Notes: generated by a model from the sequence alone, not told the origin. Positions 1 to 8,684 are shown, counted from the first letter of the stretch. The stretch: 64,000 nt of DNA from a bacterium (GCA_005239895.1 SBBB01000025.1:8980-72979), one strand, 5' to 3'. A program made the numbers and translations.

Positions 1-1644
1 GGTGGAGTTATTTATAACGGGAAGTATGTTGGCGCTAATTATAATTTTTATAAAATTTGGGACAGAAACTTTCGTTCAGTTTATCCCGACCAATCTTTAT
101 TGCATGAACGCGACACTAACAAATATTGGTTAATTGAAAATAAGTTGCGTAGAGGATTTGTGGGTACGGAAGTGTTAATGGCTTTATACGATCAAAATTT
201 AATTCAACAAAGCCGAATTGTGCCTGAACGCAAATTAAGTGTTTATCCTATAGGAGCACCCATAACATTTAATTATATTTATTCGGGAGTATATGTTGAA
301 CAGTTTATTCCCGACAAACCCTGGGCTTTAGATAAATCCGAAGCGGTTTTTAAATTTAAAAATTTGGGTAAAAAAACCTGGACTAATGATGATGTAACTT
401 TGCATTTAAGCACGGTCGCAGGAGCAAAAAGTATTTTTTATGATGAATCTTGGCCCGACTTAAGTGGAGGTATTTCTAGTGAAGAAAAGTCTATCGCCCC
501 AGGCGATGTTGCGACCTTTAGGGTAGCCTTAAATTTAAACACTCAACCCGGAACTTATGAAGAGCTGGTAAAATTAAAACATATTTTGCAATCTACAACC
601 ACCATGACAAATTTAGCTGTTAATAGCGACCCTAGCGCCAAACCTCAGATAAAGGTTAAAACATCTTACTTTGTTGAATCGATAGAAGATTTTATGCCGG
701 AGGGTATATTAGAGCCTGGTAAGAATTATAAAGTTACGTTTGTTTTTAAAAACGCTAGTAAGATAAATTTTCAGAAAAATAATTTAAGACTAAGCGCTTA
801 CGGAGAAGATAAAAAAGATAATCCGTTTTATACTTCCGAATGGAGAGACAAAATTAAAGTTGCTTGGTTAGATCAAGACGTAGTTAAACCTGGAGAAACA
901 GGCTCTTACACTTTTAGTATTAAAGCTCCAACCAAGAGAAAACTTTATAAACATAGTTTTGAACTTAGTTTGCACCAAAATAACAAACAATATGTTGTCG
1001 CTATTAATAATAAGGACAAAATCAATTTTATAACTCAGGTTGGCAAACAGGATAACACGGGCAGGGTTTTTAAAGATGTGGAAAATACTGATCGAACATT
1101 TTTTATGAGCTTAATGTCTCCGTTTATTGCTAAAGTTGTAGAATCTAGTATTCCTGTTGAAATGAAGCCTGGAAGTATTCGTAAGGTTAAGTTAGTTTTA
1201 AAGAACACTGGAAATGTTATATGGAATAAAGGGTCATTGCGTCTTAGTTCTTATGATGAGGCGCTAGGTGATAAACACCCCAAGAAAACATCTGGTGTTG
1301 GTATAAGTAAATTTAAATCCCCTTCTTGGAGAGATAAATTTAGAGTTACGTGGTTAGATCAAGAATCAGTTAAACCTGGCGAGCAAGGGTCATTTACTTT
1401 TACTCTCCAAGCGCCTAAAAAAATTGGAGAGTATAAACATAGCTTTGTTTTAAGTTTACATGATGAAAAATATAATAACCGAGCTATTACTATTAATGAT
1501 AATCCTAAATTAATTTTTGAAACCAAGGTAGCATCTAAGGTTACACCCAAAGTTGAGTCCAAGACTAAATCTAAAACTACAACCAAGACAGTAAATAAAA
1601 CTACACCAAAAACTAAAGCCACAACTGGAGTTAAGAAAAAATAA
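1..1644 (+). CDS. Repeat-domain surface/secreted-type protein, 5' partial. It has two ~110-aa internal repeats and a Lys/Thr-rich tail.
   Basis: The reading frame is open from base 1, so the listed TTG at 100 is not the true start. Internal repeats: LRLSAYGEDKK..WRDKIKVAWLDQDVVKPGETGSYTF and LRLSSYDEALGDK..WRDKFRVTWLDQESVKPGEQGSFTF. The tail is a KT-rich low-complexity stretch. Confidence 0.5.
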   Translation, partial: GGVIYNGKYVGANYNFYKIWDRNFRSVYPDQSLLHERDTNKYWLIENKLRRGFVGTEVLMALYDQNLIQQSRIVPERKLSVYPIGAPITFNYIYSGVYVEQFIPDKPWALDKSEAVFKFKNLGKKTWTNDDVTLHLSTVAGAKSIFYDESWPDLSGGISSEEKSIAPGDVATFRVALNLNTQPGTYEELVKLKHILQSTTTMTNLAVNSDPSAKPQIKVKTSYFVESIEDFMPEGILEPGKNYKVTFVFKNASKINFQKNNLRLSAYGEDKKDNPFYTSEWRDKIKVAWLDQDVVKPGETGSYTFSIKAPTKRKLYKHSFELSLHQNNKQYVVAINNKDKINFITQVGKQDNTGRVFKDVENTDRTFFMSLMSPFIAKVVESSIPVEMKPGSIRKVKLVLKNTGNVIWNKGSLRLSSYDEALGDKHPKKTSGVGISKFKSPSWRDKFRVTWLDQESVKPGEQGSFTFTLQAPKKIGEYKHSFVLSLHDEKYNNRAITINDNPKLIFETKVASKVTPKVESKTKSKTTTKTVNKTTPKTKATTGVKKK

Positions 1645-1707
1645 GATAAAAGATAGCTTATTAGTTTCTTGGCTGGTAGCTTATTAGATATTCCCAAAAA
1701 ACTAAAA

Positions 1708-1770
1708 AGCTAAAAAGCTACATTGTCCTTCCGAAGCTTTACGCGAAGGAGGACAAGCTAAAAAGCTACA
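1708..1770. repeat. 33-bp imperfect palindrome flanked by a 15-bp perfect direct repeat (AGCTAAAAAGCTACA).
   Basis: AGCTAAAAAGCTACA occurs at 1708-1722 and 1756-1770. Between the copies lies TTGTCCTTCCGAAGCTTTACGCGAAGGAGGACA. Confidence 0.6.
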
Positions 1771-2669
1771 AGCTGATCTATAGTGCTTTGGAGATTTTTA
1801 TTCCACAAATCGTAATAATATTTTCGGCGATCATTATCGTGAAATTTTAAAACATTATCTGATAAGACTACATCACTATTTTGATTAGCCAGACTTTTTA
1901 GTCTAGATGGTAAAATAAACATTTGAAATTCCTTAGCAAGTTTTTCAATCCAGTTTAATTTAAGTTGCGTTTGAGACGGAATTGAATCCGAAACATTATT
2001 TAAAGCGCGTTGTTTAATCCAGGCATTAGCCTTAATAAATTTATTATAAGTGTCATTTCGGTTTAAGAGTGGGTATAAATTTTGAATCCAATAAATTAAA
2101 TAAATATCATTATTAGAGATTGTTAAATGTTTAATATTCAAGTTTTGATCGTTGATAAAAAAACATAGACAAATTTTATTAGTACGGTTGTGTTGTTTAG
2201 GGCGGAGATTAAAAAGGCTTAAAAAGCTTAAGGTTATTAACCTGGTTAACCATATGTAATTAGGTTTGGTTATAATAAAGAGATCTATGTCGCTTTTCTC
2301 GCTGGCGTTTTTGTATCCCAAAGAATTACAAATACCAATAAATTGAATAAATGGTAGAGCGCTAAATATATTTTTTATAAAATTAGCCAGTTTTATTTTT
2401 AAAAACGATAAAGTATAGCGATGCAATCTAGTGGCAACATTTATTTCATTGTTTTTTAAGTAATACAAGCCGTGACTATAAGAAATGATGGATTGTAATG
2501 GTTTTTTCTGTAAAGTGTTTAATATTTGAGTTAAGTTAAGGCTAGATTCATCCCCTGTTCTATTAGAGATATATTTTTGAATTTCGGTGATGGTTAAAGG
2601 GAATTTGAAAATATTAAAATATACAATTACTTCTAGAATTGATTTTTCAAGAAGCGACAACTGGGGCAT
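1758..2669 (-). CDS. Nucleotidyltransferase-domain protein (Pol-beta superfamily-like).
   Basis: The motif GYKNASEKSDIDLFIIT fits the G-S/x..D-x-D nucleotidyltransferase signature. Nothing else in the protein is recognisable. Confidence 0.35.
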   Translation of the reverse strand: MPQLSLLEKSILEVIVYFNIFKFPLTITEIQKYISNRTGDESSLNLTQILNTLQKKPLQSIISYSHGLYYLKNNEINVATRLHRYTLSFLKIKLANFIKNIFSALPFIQFIGICNSLGYKNASEKSDIDLFIITKPNYIWLTRLITLSFLSLFNLRPKQHNRTNKICLCFFINDQNLNIKHLTISNNDIYLIYWIQNLYPLLNRNDTYNKFIKANAWIKQRALNNVSDSIPSQTQLKLNWIEKLAKEFQMFILPSRLKSLANQNSDVVLSDNVLKFHDNDRRKYYYDLWNKNLQSTIDQLVAF

Positions 2670-2679
2670 ATTTTTTTAA

Positions 2680-4185
2680 TTATTTAACATCCAAAGTGAT
2701 TTTAATGATTTTGGTGCCATCTACGATAGTAAATATTTCATTCTTATTTAAATACAGTGGTATAATTGCGGTGTTATTCATATCAAAATTATATTGACCT
2801 AAGTTGTGAAATTGTGTGCTTGACACGAAAAACAGATTTTGAGTTGCGCTTTTTTTATCCGTAGACATAGCAACCGCAATATCACCATTATTATTAATAT
2901 TTGAATAACCATTTATAGAACCGTATTGATTTTTAGTAACTTTTTTGGTTTTATTATTTATCAGTATGTTTAGCTCTAAGTCTTTGTTTTTGGTTAAACA
3001 GTTATAGAATAAATTATTATTTAAAAAATAAAATTCACTTGAAGATTCGCACTTTTCATCTAATAAAACATTACCATCATCATATAAAAATAATCCACTT
3101 CCTAGTTGAGTTATTAATTTATTTGCATCTTCAGAGATTTCAATTGGTGTCTCAGGTAAATAGTCACTAAAATTTACAGTATACGTTTGGGTTAGCTCTC
3201 TTTTATCTCGGCTAAATAAATTTAGTTCCATATGATCAGATTCAGACATAGATTTTGTAGCCACCAAATTTCCGTCTTTTGATAATGTTAAGGTTGGTAA
3301 TTGATTGCTATCTACTCCAAAGTCTAGAATTTTATTATCAAAGCTGTGCATTTTTTTAAAAGCATTATTTCTAAATATAACTATATCTGTATTATTAGCT
3401 ATAAATGCCAGAGTATTATTGTGTATTTGCATGTTTGTTGGTTGGGATTTTAAGGCGTAGGTATAATTGTTACGTAATTTCAAGTCAATTACCAGCATTT
3501 CTTTATGACCATGGGCAATAGCTAACATTTTACCGTTTGGAAAGATTGAAAAAGAGTGTTCATCAATATTTTTATATGTTCCGATTTTAAATTTTTTATC
3601 CAGCATGGGATTATGAACAAATATATCAAAATTTTCATCATTTTTATGTTCCGCAGCAAAAATAATAGCTGAGGCATTATCAGACATAGAGCGGAGTACA
3701 TTTTTTTCCCATTTTTTAGGAAATATAATAGATTTATATTTTCTTCTATCAATTATAAAAGATGTGGTGGTTTCATTATCATAAAGCAAATAACCATTTC
3801 TACCCTTCACTAAAATTGCTTGATAATCTTCAGAAAATTCCATACCTTTAAAATCCCTAAATGTTGGACGATCTTCGATATTTAATAAATCCTGTTTTTT
3901 GATATTACTTTTTGGTTGTTGAATGGATTGATTTTGAGCCTGTTGTTTAGCTTTCTCCAGTAAGGAAATTTGTTGTTGTTTAACCTTACCGGTTAATTTA
4001 TCTTTTATAAACTGTTTCACGCTAGATTCATATATATATCCGATTAACATTACTCCAGCCACAACTAATACAACTAATACAACATATAACAGAACAATCC
4101 CCGATTGAGAATTTATTTTATTTTGAAATATTTTGATATTTTTAGATTTCATACTAATTTTGACGCTCTGTTTTGTCATTTTCAT
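2680..4185 (-). CDS. Membrane-anchored hypothetical protein with an N-terminal TM helix and a large extracytoplasmic domain.
   Basis: Hydrophobic segment GIVLLYVVLVVLVVAGVMLIGYIY lies near the N-terminus. The remainder of the 501 aa has no recognisable motif. Confidence 0.3.
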   Translation of the reverse strand: MKMTKQSVKISMKSKNIKIFQNKINSQSGIVLLYVVLVVLVVAGVMLIGYIYESSVKQFIKDKLTGKVKQQQISLLEKAKQQAQNQSIQQPKSNIKKQDLLNIEDRPTFRDFKGMEFSEDYQAILVKGRNGYLLYDNETTTSFIIDRRKYKSIIFPKKWEKNVLRSMSDNASAIIFAAEHKNDENFDIFVHNPMLDKKFKIGTYKNIDEHSFSIFPNGKMLAIAHGHKEMLVIDLKLRNNYTYALKSQPTNMQIHNNTLAFIANNTDIVIFRNNAFKKMHSFDNKILDFGVDSNQLPTLTLSKDGNLVATKSMSESDHMELNLFSRDKRELTQTYTVNFSDYLPETPIEISEDANKLITQLGSGLFLYDDGNVLLDEKCESSSEFYFLNNNLFYNCLTKNKDLELNILINNKTKKVTKNQYGSINGYSNINNNGDIAVAMSTDKKSATQNLFFVSSTQFHNLGQYNFDMNNTAIIPLYLNKNEIFTIVDGTKIIKITLDVK

Positions 4186-4274
4186 TTATATTTCAAAATT
4201 ATATCATATTGTAAATTAGAGCACAATGTTTGGTTCTAGACATATAGGGATACATTTGTTAAACTAATAACTGT

Positions 4275-5459
4275 ATGATTATTAAGAAAAATTTGGGGAA
4301 AATTAAAGAATTATTAACACGCGGCGTTAGTGAAGTTGTAATTTTAAAGGATTTAAAAGAAAAATTATTATCCGGCAAGTCCTTGCGTGTTAAGATTGGT
4401 ATTGATCCCACTAGTACTAATGTGCATATTGGGCGCGGGGCAACTTTATTAAAATTGCGAGATTTTCAAGAGCTAGGCCATAAAATAGTTTTGATTATCG
4501 GAGATTTTACGGGTGTTATTGGAGATAGTTCGGATAAAGAACAGGAGCGCCCGGCCTTATCCGCAGAAACTGTAAAAAATAACATGCGAACTTACATTGA
4601 TCAAATTAGCAGAATTTTAGACGTAAGTAAAATTGAGATACATTATAATTCCGAGTGGCTATCTAAATTAAACTATCATGAGATTAGTAAGCAAGCCAAT
4701 CAATTTTCATTGTCTGAATTTATGGCGCGTGAAAATATTAAGAAAAGATTTGAAGCTGGTAAGCGCGTATCTTTGTGTGAAGTTTTGTATCCTTTAATGC
4801 AGGGTTATGATAGCGTGGCGATTAAGGCTGATATTGAAATTGGTGGAACTGATCAAAGGTTTAATATGCTAGCCGGCAGGGTTTTGCAAAAATATTATAA
4901 TCAAGATTTGCAAAATATTATAATGTTGAATTTAATGCTGGGCACGGATGGACGAAAAATGAGTTCTAGTTGGGGCAATACTATAAATATTATGGACGAC
5001 CCTAAGGATATGTTTGGAAAAGTAATGAGTATGCCTGATCATATAATGTTAGATTATTTTATTTCTTGCACGCGTGTAAGTTTAGACAAAATTAAAAAAT
5101 ATAAAACAGCATTACAAGATACAAAAGTAAATCCTAAAGATATTAAAATGGATTTAGCGTACGAGATTACTAAATTATTTTCCGGAGAATTAAATGCCAA
5201 ACAGAGTCAAGAATATTTTATTTCAACTTTTCAGAACAAAGATTTGCCAGCAGATATTAAAGAGTGTAAATTAAATAATAAAAGTATTGTGGATGCGCTG
5301 ATAATTAGTGGTTTGGTTGATAGTAAATCTAAAGCTAAAACCTTGATTGGCCAGGGCGGTATAAAGATTGATAAACAGGTTGTAAAATCCATTGATGCAT
5401 TAGTAAAGTCTGGAAATGTAATTCAAAAGGGAAAAAGATTTTTTGTTAAAGTGATATAA
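4275..5459 (+). CDS. tyrS: Tyrosyl-tRNA synthetase.
   Basis: Class I aaRS N-terminus GIDPTSTNVHIGRGATLLKLRDFQELGHKIVLIIGDFTGVIGD, a KMSSS variant of KMSKS, and a C-terminal S4-like domain (GQGGIKIDKQVV). Confidence 0.85.
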   Translation: MIIKKNLGKIKELLTRGVSEVVILKDLKEKLLSGKSLRVKIGIDPTSTNVHIGRGATLLKLRDFQELGHKIVLIIGDFTGVIGDSSDKEQERPALSAETVKNNMRTYIDQISRILDVSKIEIHYNSEWLSKLNYHEISKQANQFSLSEFMARENIKKRFEAGKRVSLCEVLYPLMQGYDSVAIKADIEIGGTDQRFNMLAGRVLQKYYNQDLQNIIMLNLMLGTDGRKMSSSWGNTINIMDDPKDMFGKVMSMPDHIMLDYFISCTRVSLDKIKKYKTALQDTKVNPKDIKMDLAYEITKLFSGELNAKQSQEYFISTFQNKDLPADIKECKLNNKSIVDALIISGLVDSKSKAKTLIGQGGIKIDKQVVKSIDALVKSGNVIQKGKRFFVKVI

Positions 5460-5481
5460 AAGTTACTTGTATCTCTTATCA

Positions 5482-5553
5482 GGATGGGTGGCTGAGTGGT
5501 CGAAAGCGGCACACTGCTAACGTGTTAGGGTCTAAAAAGCCCTCGCGGGTTCG
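5482..5553 (+). pseudogene. Truncated duplicate of tRNA-Ser(GCU). The 5' ~72 nt are present, through the anticodon and variable arm to the 5' side of the T-arm; the 3' part is missing.
   Basis: Bases 5482-5553 are near-identical to 5920-5991 of the intact tRNA (GGATGGGTGGCTGAGTGGTCGAAAGCGGCACACTGCTAACGTG...GCGGGTTCG). The downstream sequence diverges into unrelated hairpins. No 3' T-stem or acceptor strand is present. Confidence 0.7.
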
Positions 5554-5653
5554 CCCTATCATCCGATAGGGCTTGCCCTATCGTATGATGGGGCGTCCTG
5601 TCGAATGACAGGACGAATCTATTTTATACGAAGAATTGGTGTAAATAAAAAGT

Positions 5654-5911
5654 ATGTATTTCGTTTATGTTCTTGCTTTAAATAATGGTGATTGTTATAT
5701 TGGATCTACTGAAAATTTGAAGCGTAGAATTGTTGAGCATAAATCGAACAAGGTTAATTCAACAATAAATAAAAGTTCAAAACTTATACATTATGAAGTG
5801 TATAAGCTTAAAAGCGATGCTTTAAGAAGAGAGAAATTTCTTAAAACAACTGAAGGCAAAAGATTGTTGAGGCAACAAATACGTGATATATTAAAACAAA
5901 ATAAGACGTAA
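5654..5911 (+). CDS. Small GIY-YIG nuclease-domain protein.
   Basis: MYFVYVLALNNGDCYIGSTENLKRRIVEHKS contains the GIY-YIG and conserved R/E/H core. The protein is 85 aa. Confidence 0.7.
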   Translation: MYFVYVLALNNGDCYIGSTENLKRRIVEHKSNKVNSTINKSSKLIHYEVYKLKSDALRREKFLKTTEGKRLLRQQIRDILKQNKT

Positions 5912-5919
5912 AAGTGAAA

Positions 5920-6007
5920 GGAAGGGTGGCTGAGTGGTCGAAAGCGGCACACTGCTAACGTGTTAGGGTCTAAAAAGCCCTCGCGGGTTCGAATCCCGCC
6001 CCTTCCG
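5920..6007 (+). tRNA. tRNA-Ser (anticodon GCU), type II with a long variable arm.
   Basis: Acceptor stem GGAAGGG/CCCTTCC with G73. D-arm GCT-GAGTGGTCGAA-AGC. Anticodon loop CTGCTAA. Variable arm AGGG..CCCT. T-arm GCGGG-TTCGAAT-CCCGC. Confidence 0.85.
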
Positions 6008-6012
6008 CCTTC

Positions 6013-6063
6013 GTCACGACGTAGCTTTAGCGAAGTCGGACTTCGCCAAATCTACGTCGTGAC
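6013..6063. repeat. Strong nested stem-loop immediately 3' of tRNA-Ser.
   Basis: A 12-bp perfect inverted repeat (GTCACGACGTAG...CTACGTCGTGAC) encloses an inner hairpin GCGAAGTCGGACTTCGC. The GAAGTCGGAC(T/C)TC core recurs at 10781 and 34538. Confidence 0.7.
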
Positions 6064-6132
6064 TACGGCGTGACGCAGTCCGCCTGGTCGAGCGAAAGCG
6101 GGCTATATTCAGAGTTAAAGCAATGAATAATT

Positions 6133-6366
6133 ATGTATTATGTTTACTCTCTAGAATGTAAAGATGGTTATTATATCGGATGTACAGATAACTTGAAAAA
6201 CAGGCTTTTAAGACATAAAAAAGGATACATACCTGCAACAAAAGATAGATTGCCAATAAAACTTGATTTTTATATAGCCTTGCAAAATAAATATAAGGCT
6301 TTTGAATTTGAAAAATACCTTAAGTCTGGTTCAGGAAGAGCTTTTTTAAATAAACATTTTATATAA
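6133..6366 (+). CDS. Small GIY-YIG nuclease-domain protein (second copy).
   Basis: MYYVYSLECKDGYYIGCTDNLKNRLLRHKKG. Confidence 0.7.
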   Translation: MYYVYSLECKDGYYIGCTDNLKNRLLRHKKGYIPATKDRLPIKLDFYIALQNKYKAFEFEKYLKSGSGRAFLNKHFI

Positions 6367-6386
6367 TTTAAAACATAGTAAATAAT

Positions 6387-6578
6387 ATGGAAAATGAAAT
6401 AATTTATATGTGCGATGGAACTTGCAAGGGTGTATCTAAAGAGCCTGTAAATTGCGGTGATCCAAACTGTAATTTGTATCAAAAACCACTTAAGAAACAT
6501 GCGCAATGCGAATCTTGTGCTACAGCTTCATTAAAAGACAACCAAACCCATGCTTGTCCAAATTGCCAAGCGCTTTGA
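6387..6578 (+). CDS. Cysteine-rich small protein with 10 Cys in 63 aa, probably metal-binding.
   Basis: Cysteine pairs in MCDGTCKG...CGDPNC...CESC...CPNC. A good coding stretch lies between the GIY-YIG gene and tag. Confidence 0.4.
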   Translation: MENEIIYMCDGTCKGVSKEPVNCGDPNCNLYQKPLKKHAQCESCATASLKDNQTHACPNCQAL

Positions 6579-6584
6579 GAATCT

Positions 6585-6611
6585 ATGTTTAGTACTCGGA
6601 GTACTAAACAT
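6585..6611. repeat. 27-bp perfect palindrome ATGTTTAGTACTCGGAGTACTAAACAT, a member of the ATGTTTRG...CYAAACAT family.
   Basis: Seen directly. The arms match those at 16083, 26100, 34525, 36231 and 61890. Confidence 0.8.
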
Positions 6612-6641
6612 TAATTAATCATTTCTTTTAATAAAAGAATT

Positions 6642-7247
6642 ATGGTAAGTTCAAAAATAAAGGTTGTAAACCGTTGTTCTTGGTCAGGTGAAAATAGTCT
6701 GATGATTAAATATCATGATGAAGAGTGGGGTGTGCCAGTGTACGATGATCGTAAACTTTTTGAATTTTTGGTTTTGGAAAGTGCGCAAGCTGGTCTTAGT
6801 TGGCAAACAATTCTTAATAAACGAGAAAATTATCGCAAAGCATTTAGTGGTTTTGATGTTAAGAAAATTGCTCGTTACGGATCACAAGACATAAAGAGAT
6901 TGATTTTAGATTCTGGCATTGTTCGCAATCGTTTAAAAATTGCTTCCGTAATTCAAAACACAAAAATGTTTTTAAATATTCAAAAAGAATTTGGTTCTTT
7001 TAATAAATATATTTGGAAGTTTATTGATGGTAAAATTATTAATAATAAGATCAAGTCTCAAAAAGATATTCCCGTGGCTAGCAATGAGTCGCGTAATATG
7101 AGTAAAGATTTATTAAAACGCGGTTTTAAATTTATTGGCCCTACGATTTGTTATGCTTTTATGCAAGCCGTCGGCATGGTAAATGATCATGAAATTAAAT
7201 GTTTTAGATATAATGTAGTGATAGGCATACCAAAAATTAAATCTTAG
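6642..7247 (+). CDS. tag: DNA-3-methyladenine glycosylase I.
   Basis: YHDEEWGVPVYDDRKLFEFLVLESAQAGLSWQTILNKRENYRKAF is the classic Tag signature. Confidence 0.8.
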   Translation: MVSSKIKVVNRCSWSGENSLMIKYHDEEWGVPVYDDRKLFEFLVLESAQAGLSWQTILNKRENYRKAFSGFDVKKIARYGSQDIKRLILDSGIVRNRLKIASVIQNTKMFLNIQKEFGSFNKYIWKFIDGKIINNKIKSQKDIPVASNESRNMSKDLLKRGFKFIGPTICYAFMQAVGMVNDHEIKCFRYNVVIGIPKIKS

Positions 7248-7413
7248 TATAATTTGCGTGTTTTAAATACTGTCTTTAGTAGTGGATTATGCGTGGCACT
7301 GTATTTGGTATTAGTGTTTGACATGTATAAAAGCGTTGTGTTATATTTAAATCATGGTAGTTTGTTGTTCCGACTTGACAATTCGACTGTGAACATTTTA
7401 ACAAGGAGGTACT

Positions 7414-8004
7414 ATGTCAGTAGAAAATGGATTGCAAGAGTATAACGGTAGGTGTGTTTTCTTAAATGGCATGTGGTATTTACAAGTAAAGAAGGACCTG
7501 TGGATTGATATAATACACTTGGCATCAATTGTTTTTAAATCTTTGAACAGTAAAAAGATTAAGACAAGTTTTAACTGTGAGCAGGCTTTAATTGAAGCAG
7601 ATAGTACGGGCAATCAAATCTTGACATATCAAGAAACTAGTTTTGGTTGGCAGGTTGATCATGGAATGCTTCTAACACATATCAATACAGTAGCGAGAGT
7701 ACTGTATAATATATTTGTACGCATTAAAGTTAAGCCAGGATTGCATTTTAGTATTACGGCCAATCCCCTGCCGAATGAACCAATTCATTATATAGCGATG
7801 CTGGATTCGTCAGATAGTGTAAATGGTATATTCATACCAAAACCTGATCGTGACAATAATCGTATATGTAAAGCTCGAAATATTTTTGAAGCATGTGTAT
7901 ACTTAAAAGGTGACAAATGTTTTAAATTTACTCCAATTGGTTTAGAGTGCTTTGAGACTCGAAGTGGCATTGCTGGTACCTGTCTACTCAAAGCGTTAGT
8001 ATGA
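7414..8004 (+). CDS. Hypothetical protein, paralog A of a tandem pair.
   Basis: Strong RBS AAGGAGGT. Begins MSV...GR..LW and ends C.YLKGDKCFKFT...SGIAGTCLLK, which are the parts shared with 8044-8610. Confidence 0.5.
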   Translation: MSVENGLQEYNGRCVFLNGMWYLQVKKDLWIDIIHLASIVFKSLNSKKIKTSFNCEQALIEADSTGNQILTYQETSFGWQVDHGMLLTHINTVARVLYNIFVRIKVKPGLHFSITANPLPNEPIHYIAMLDSSDSVNGIFIPKPDRDNNRICKARNIFEACVYLKGDKCFKFTPIGLECFETRSGIAGTCLLKALV

Positions 8005-8043
8005 GTAGTTAATAATCCGACTTTTTTAAAAAAGGAGGTAGGT

Positions 8044-8610
8044 ATGTCAGTAAAAGAACAGGATCAAATCTATTGTGGTAGGTATTATATTTCTGCAGAC
8101 AAGGGTCTGTGGTCCTTGCACACTGGTGTAGAAATGATAAATGTAGCAGAATTGATAAAAAAGTCTTTATATTTATTTCATGAGAAGCATATTGCGTATG
8201 GTTGCAATCGGTATGATGGGTTTTGGATCAAGGTAGATCCTAAATATCGCGACATATTAAGATACAAAGAAACCGCTAAAGATGGTTTTCAGGTTGTTCC
8301 TAGCGACTTGTTTGATCACATTCAGCTGACTATGTATTGGCTTCATAACAGATTAATATATATTATGTTTGGTGAGGGATATTTCAGTATCATTGCCAAT
8401 CAGAATGAGGAGGTTCATTCTGTGTCTATGAGCGAGGATGGGTTCGTGCCTGTGTCTCTAGAAGATCAGGCTGGTATATGTTTTAGTAAGGGTTTTACCT
8501 GTGTATATTTAGAAAATGGTAATTGCCGTAAATATACAAGTACAAAAAAAGAGCTTCTGTCTATGTTTGAAAAAAGTGGAATTATTGGTACTTGTGTGTT
8601 AAAAAAATAG
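8044..8610 (+). CDS. Hypothetical protein, paralog B of a tandem pair.
   Basis: RBS AAGGAGGT. Begins MSV, has SIIAN, CVYLENGNCRKYT and SGIIGTCVLKK matching 7414-8004. Confidence 0.5.
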   Translation: MSVKEQDQIYCGRYYISADKGLWSLHTGVEMINVAELIKKSLYLFHEKHIAYGCNRYDGFWIKVDPKYRDILRYKETAKDGFQVVPSDLFDHIQLTMYWLHNRLIYIMFGEGYFSIIANQNEEVHSVSMSEDGFVPVSLEDQAGICFSKGFTCVYLENGNCRKYTSTKKELLSMFEKSGIIGTCVLKK

Positions 8611-8643
8611 GATAATATTTATTATTTAATAAAAATATTGCGT

Positions 8644-8684
8644 ATGGGTGCTTTTTTGTTTCCAAGAGCACCCATTAATGTTTT
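8644..8684 (+). terminator. Intrinsic terminator after paralog B.
   Basis: 9-bp stem ATGGGTGCT...AGCACCCAT followed by TAATGTTTT. Confidence 0.5.

Noticed and set aside
3522-3752. Short overlapping or antisense ORFs from the six-frame track.
   Set aside because: Examples are 1359-1697, 3522-3752, 6270-6506, 7254-7445, 7398-7613, 7788-7991, 11116-11325, 15179-15442, 15234-15419, 15536-15844, 15900-16135, 17227-17418, 21135-21338, 22991-23272, 25573-25884, 28306-28569, 29398-29586, 29932-30117, 31241-31513, 36767-36949, 37733-37945, 38903-39130, 39713-40360, 41536-42132, 43042-43230, 48692-48955, 52464-53355, 53860-54147, 58222-58512, 59170-59631 plus-strand and 61150-61347, 62034-62291. Each is embedded in or antisense to a longer well-supported gene or a repeat block and has low-complexity composition.
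4186-4274. T-box riboswitch leaders upstream of tyrS, pheS, thrS and trpS.
   Set aside because: The leaders are under 120 nt and contain no T-box consensus (AAUUAGGGUGGUACCGCG) or specifier-loop structure.
5482-5640. Possibility that the first tRNA-like sequence is an intact intron-containing tRNA-Ser.
   Set aside because: After the T-stem 5' strand, no downstream sequence can complete the T-stem (CCCGC) or the acceptor 3' strand (CCCATCC). It is a 5' fragment only.
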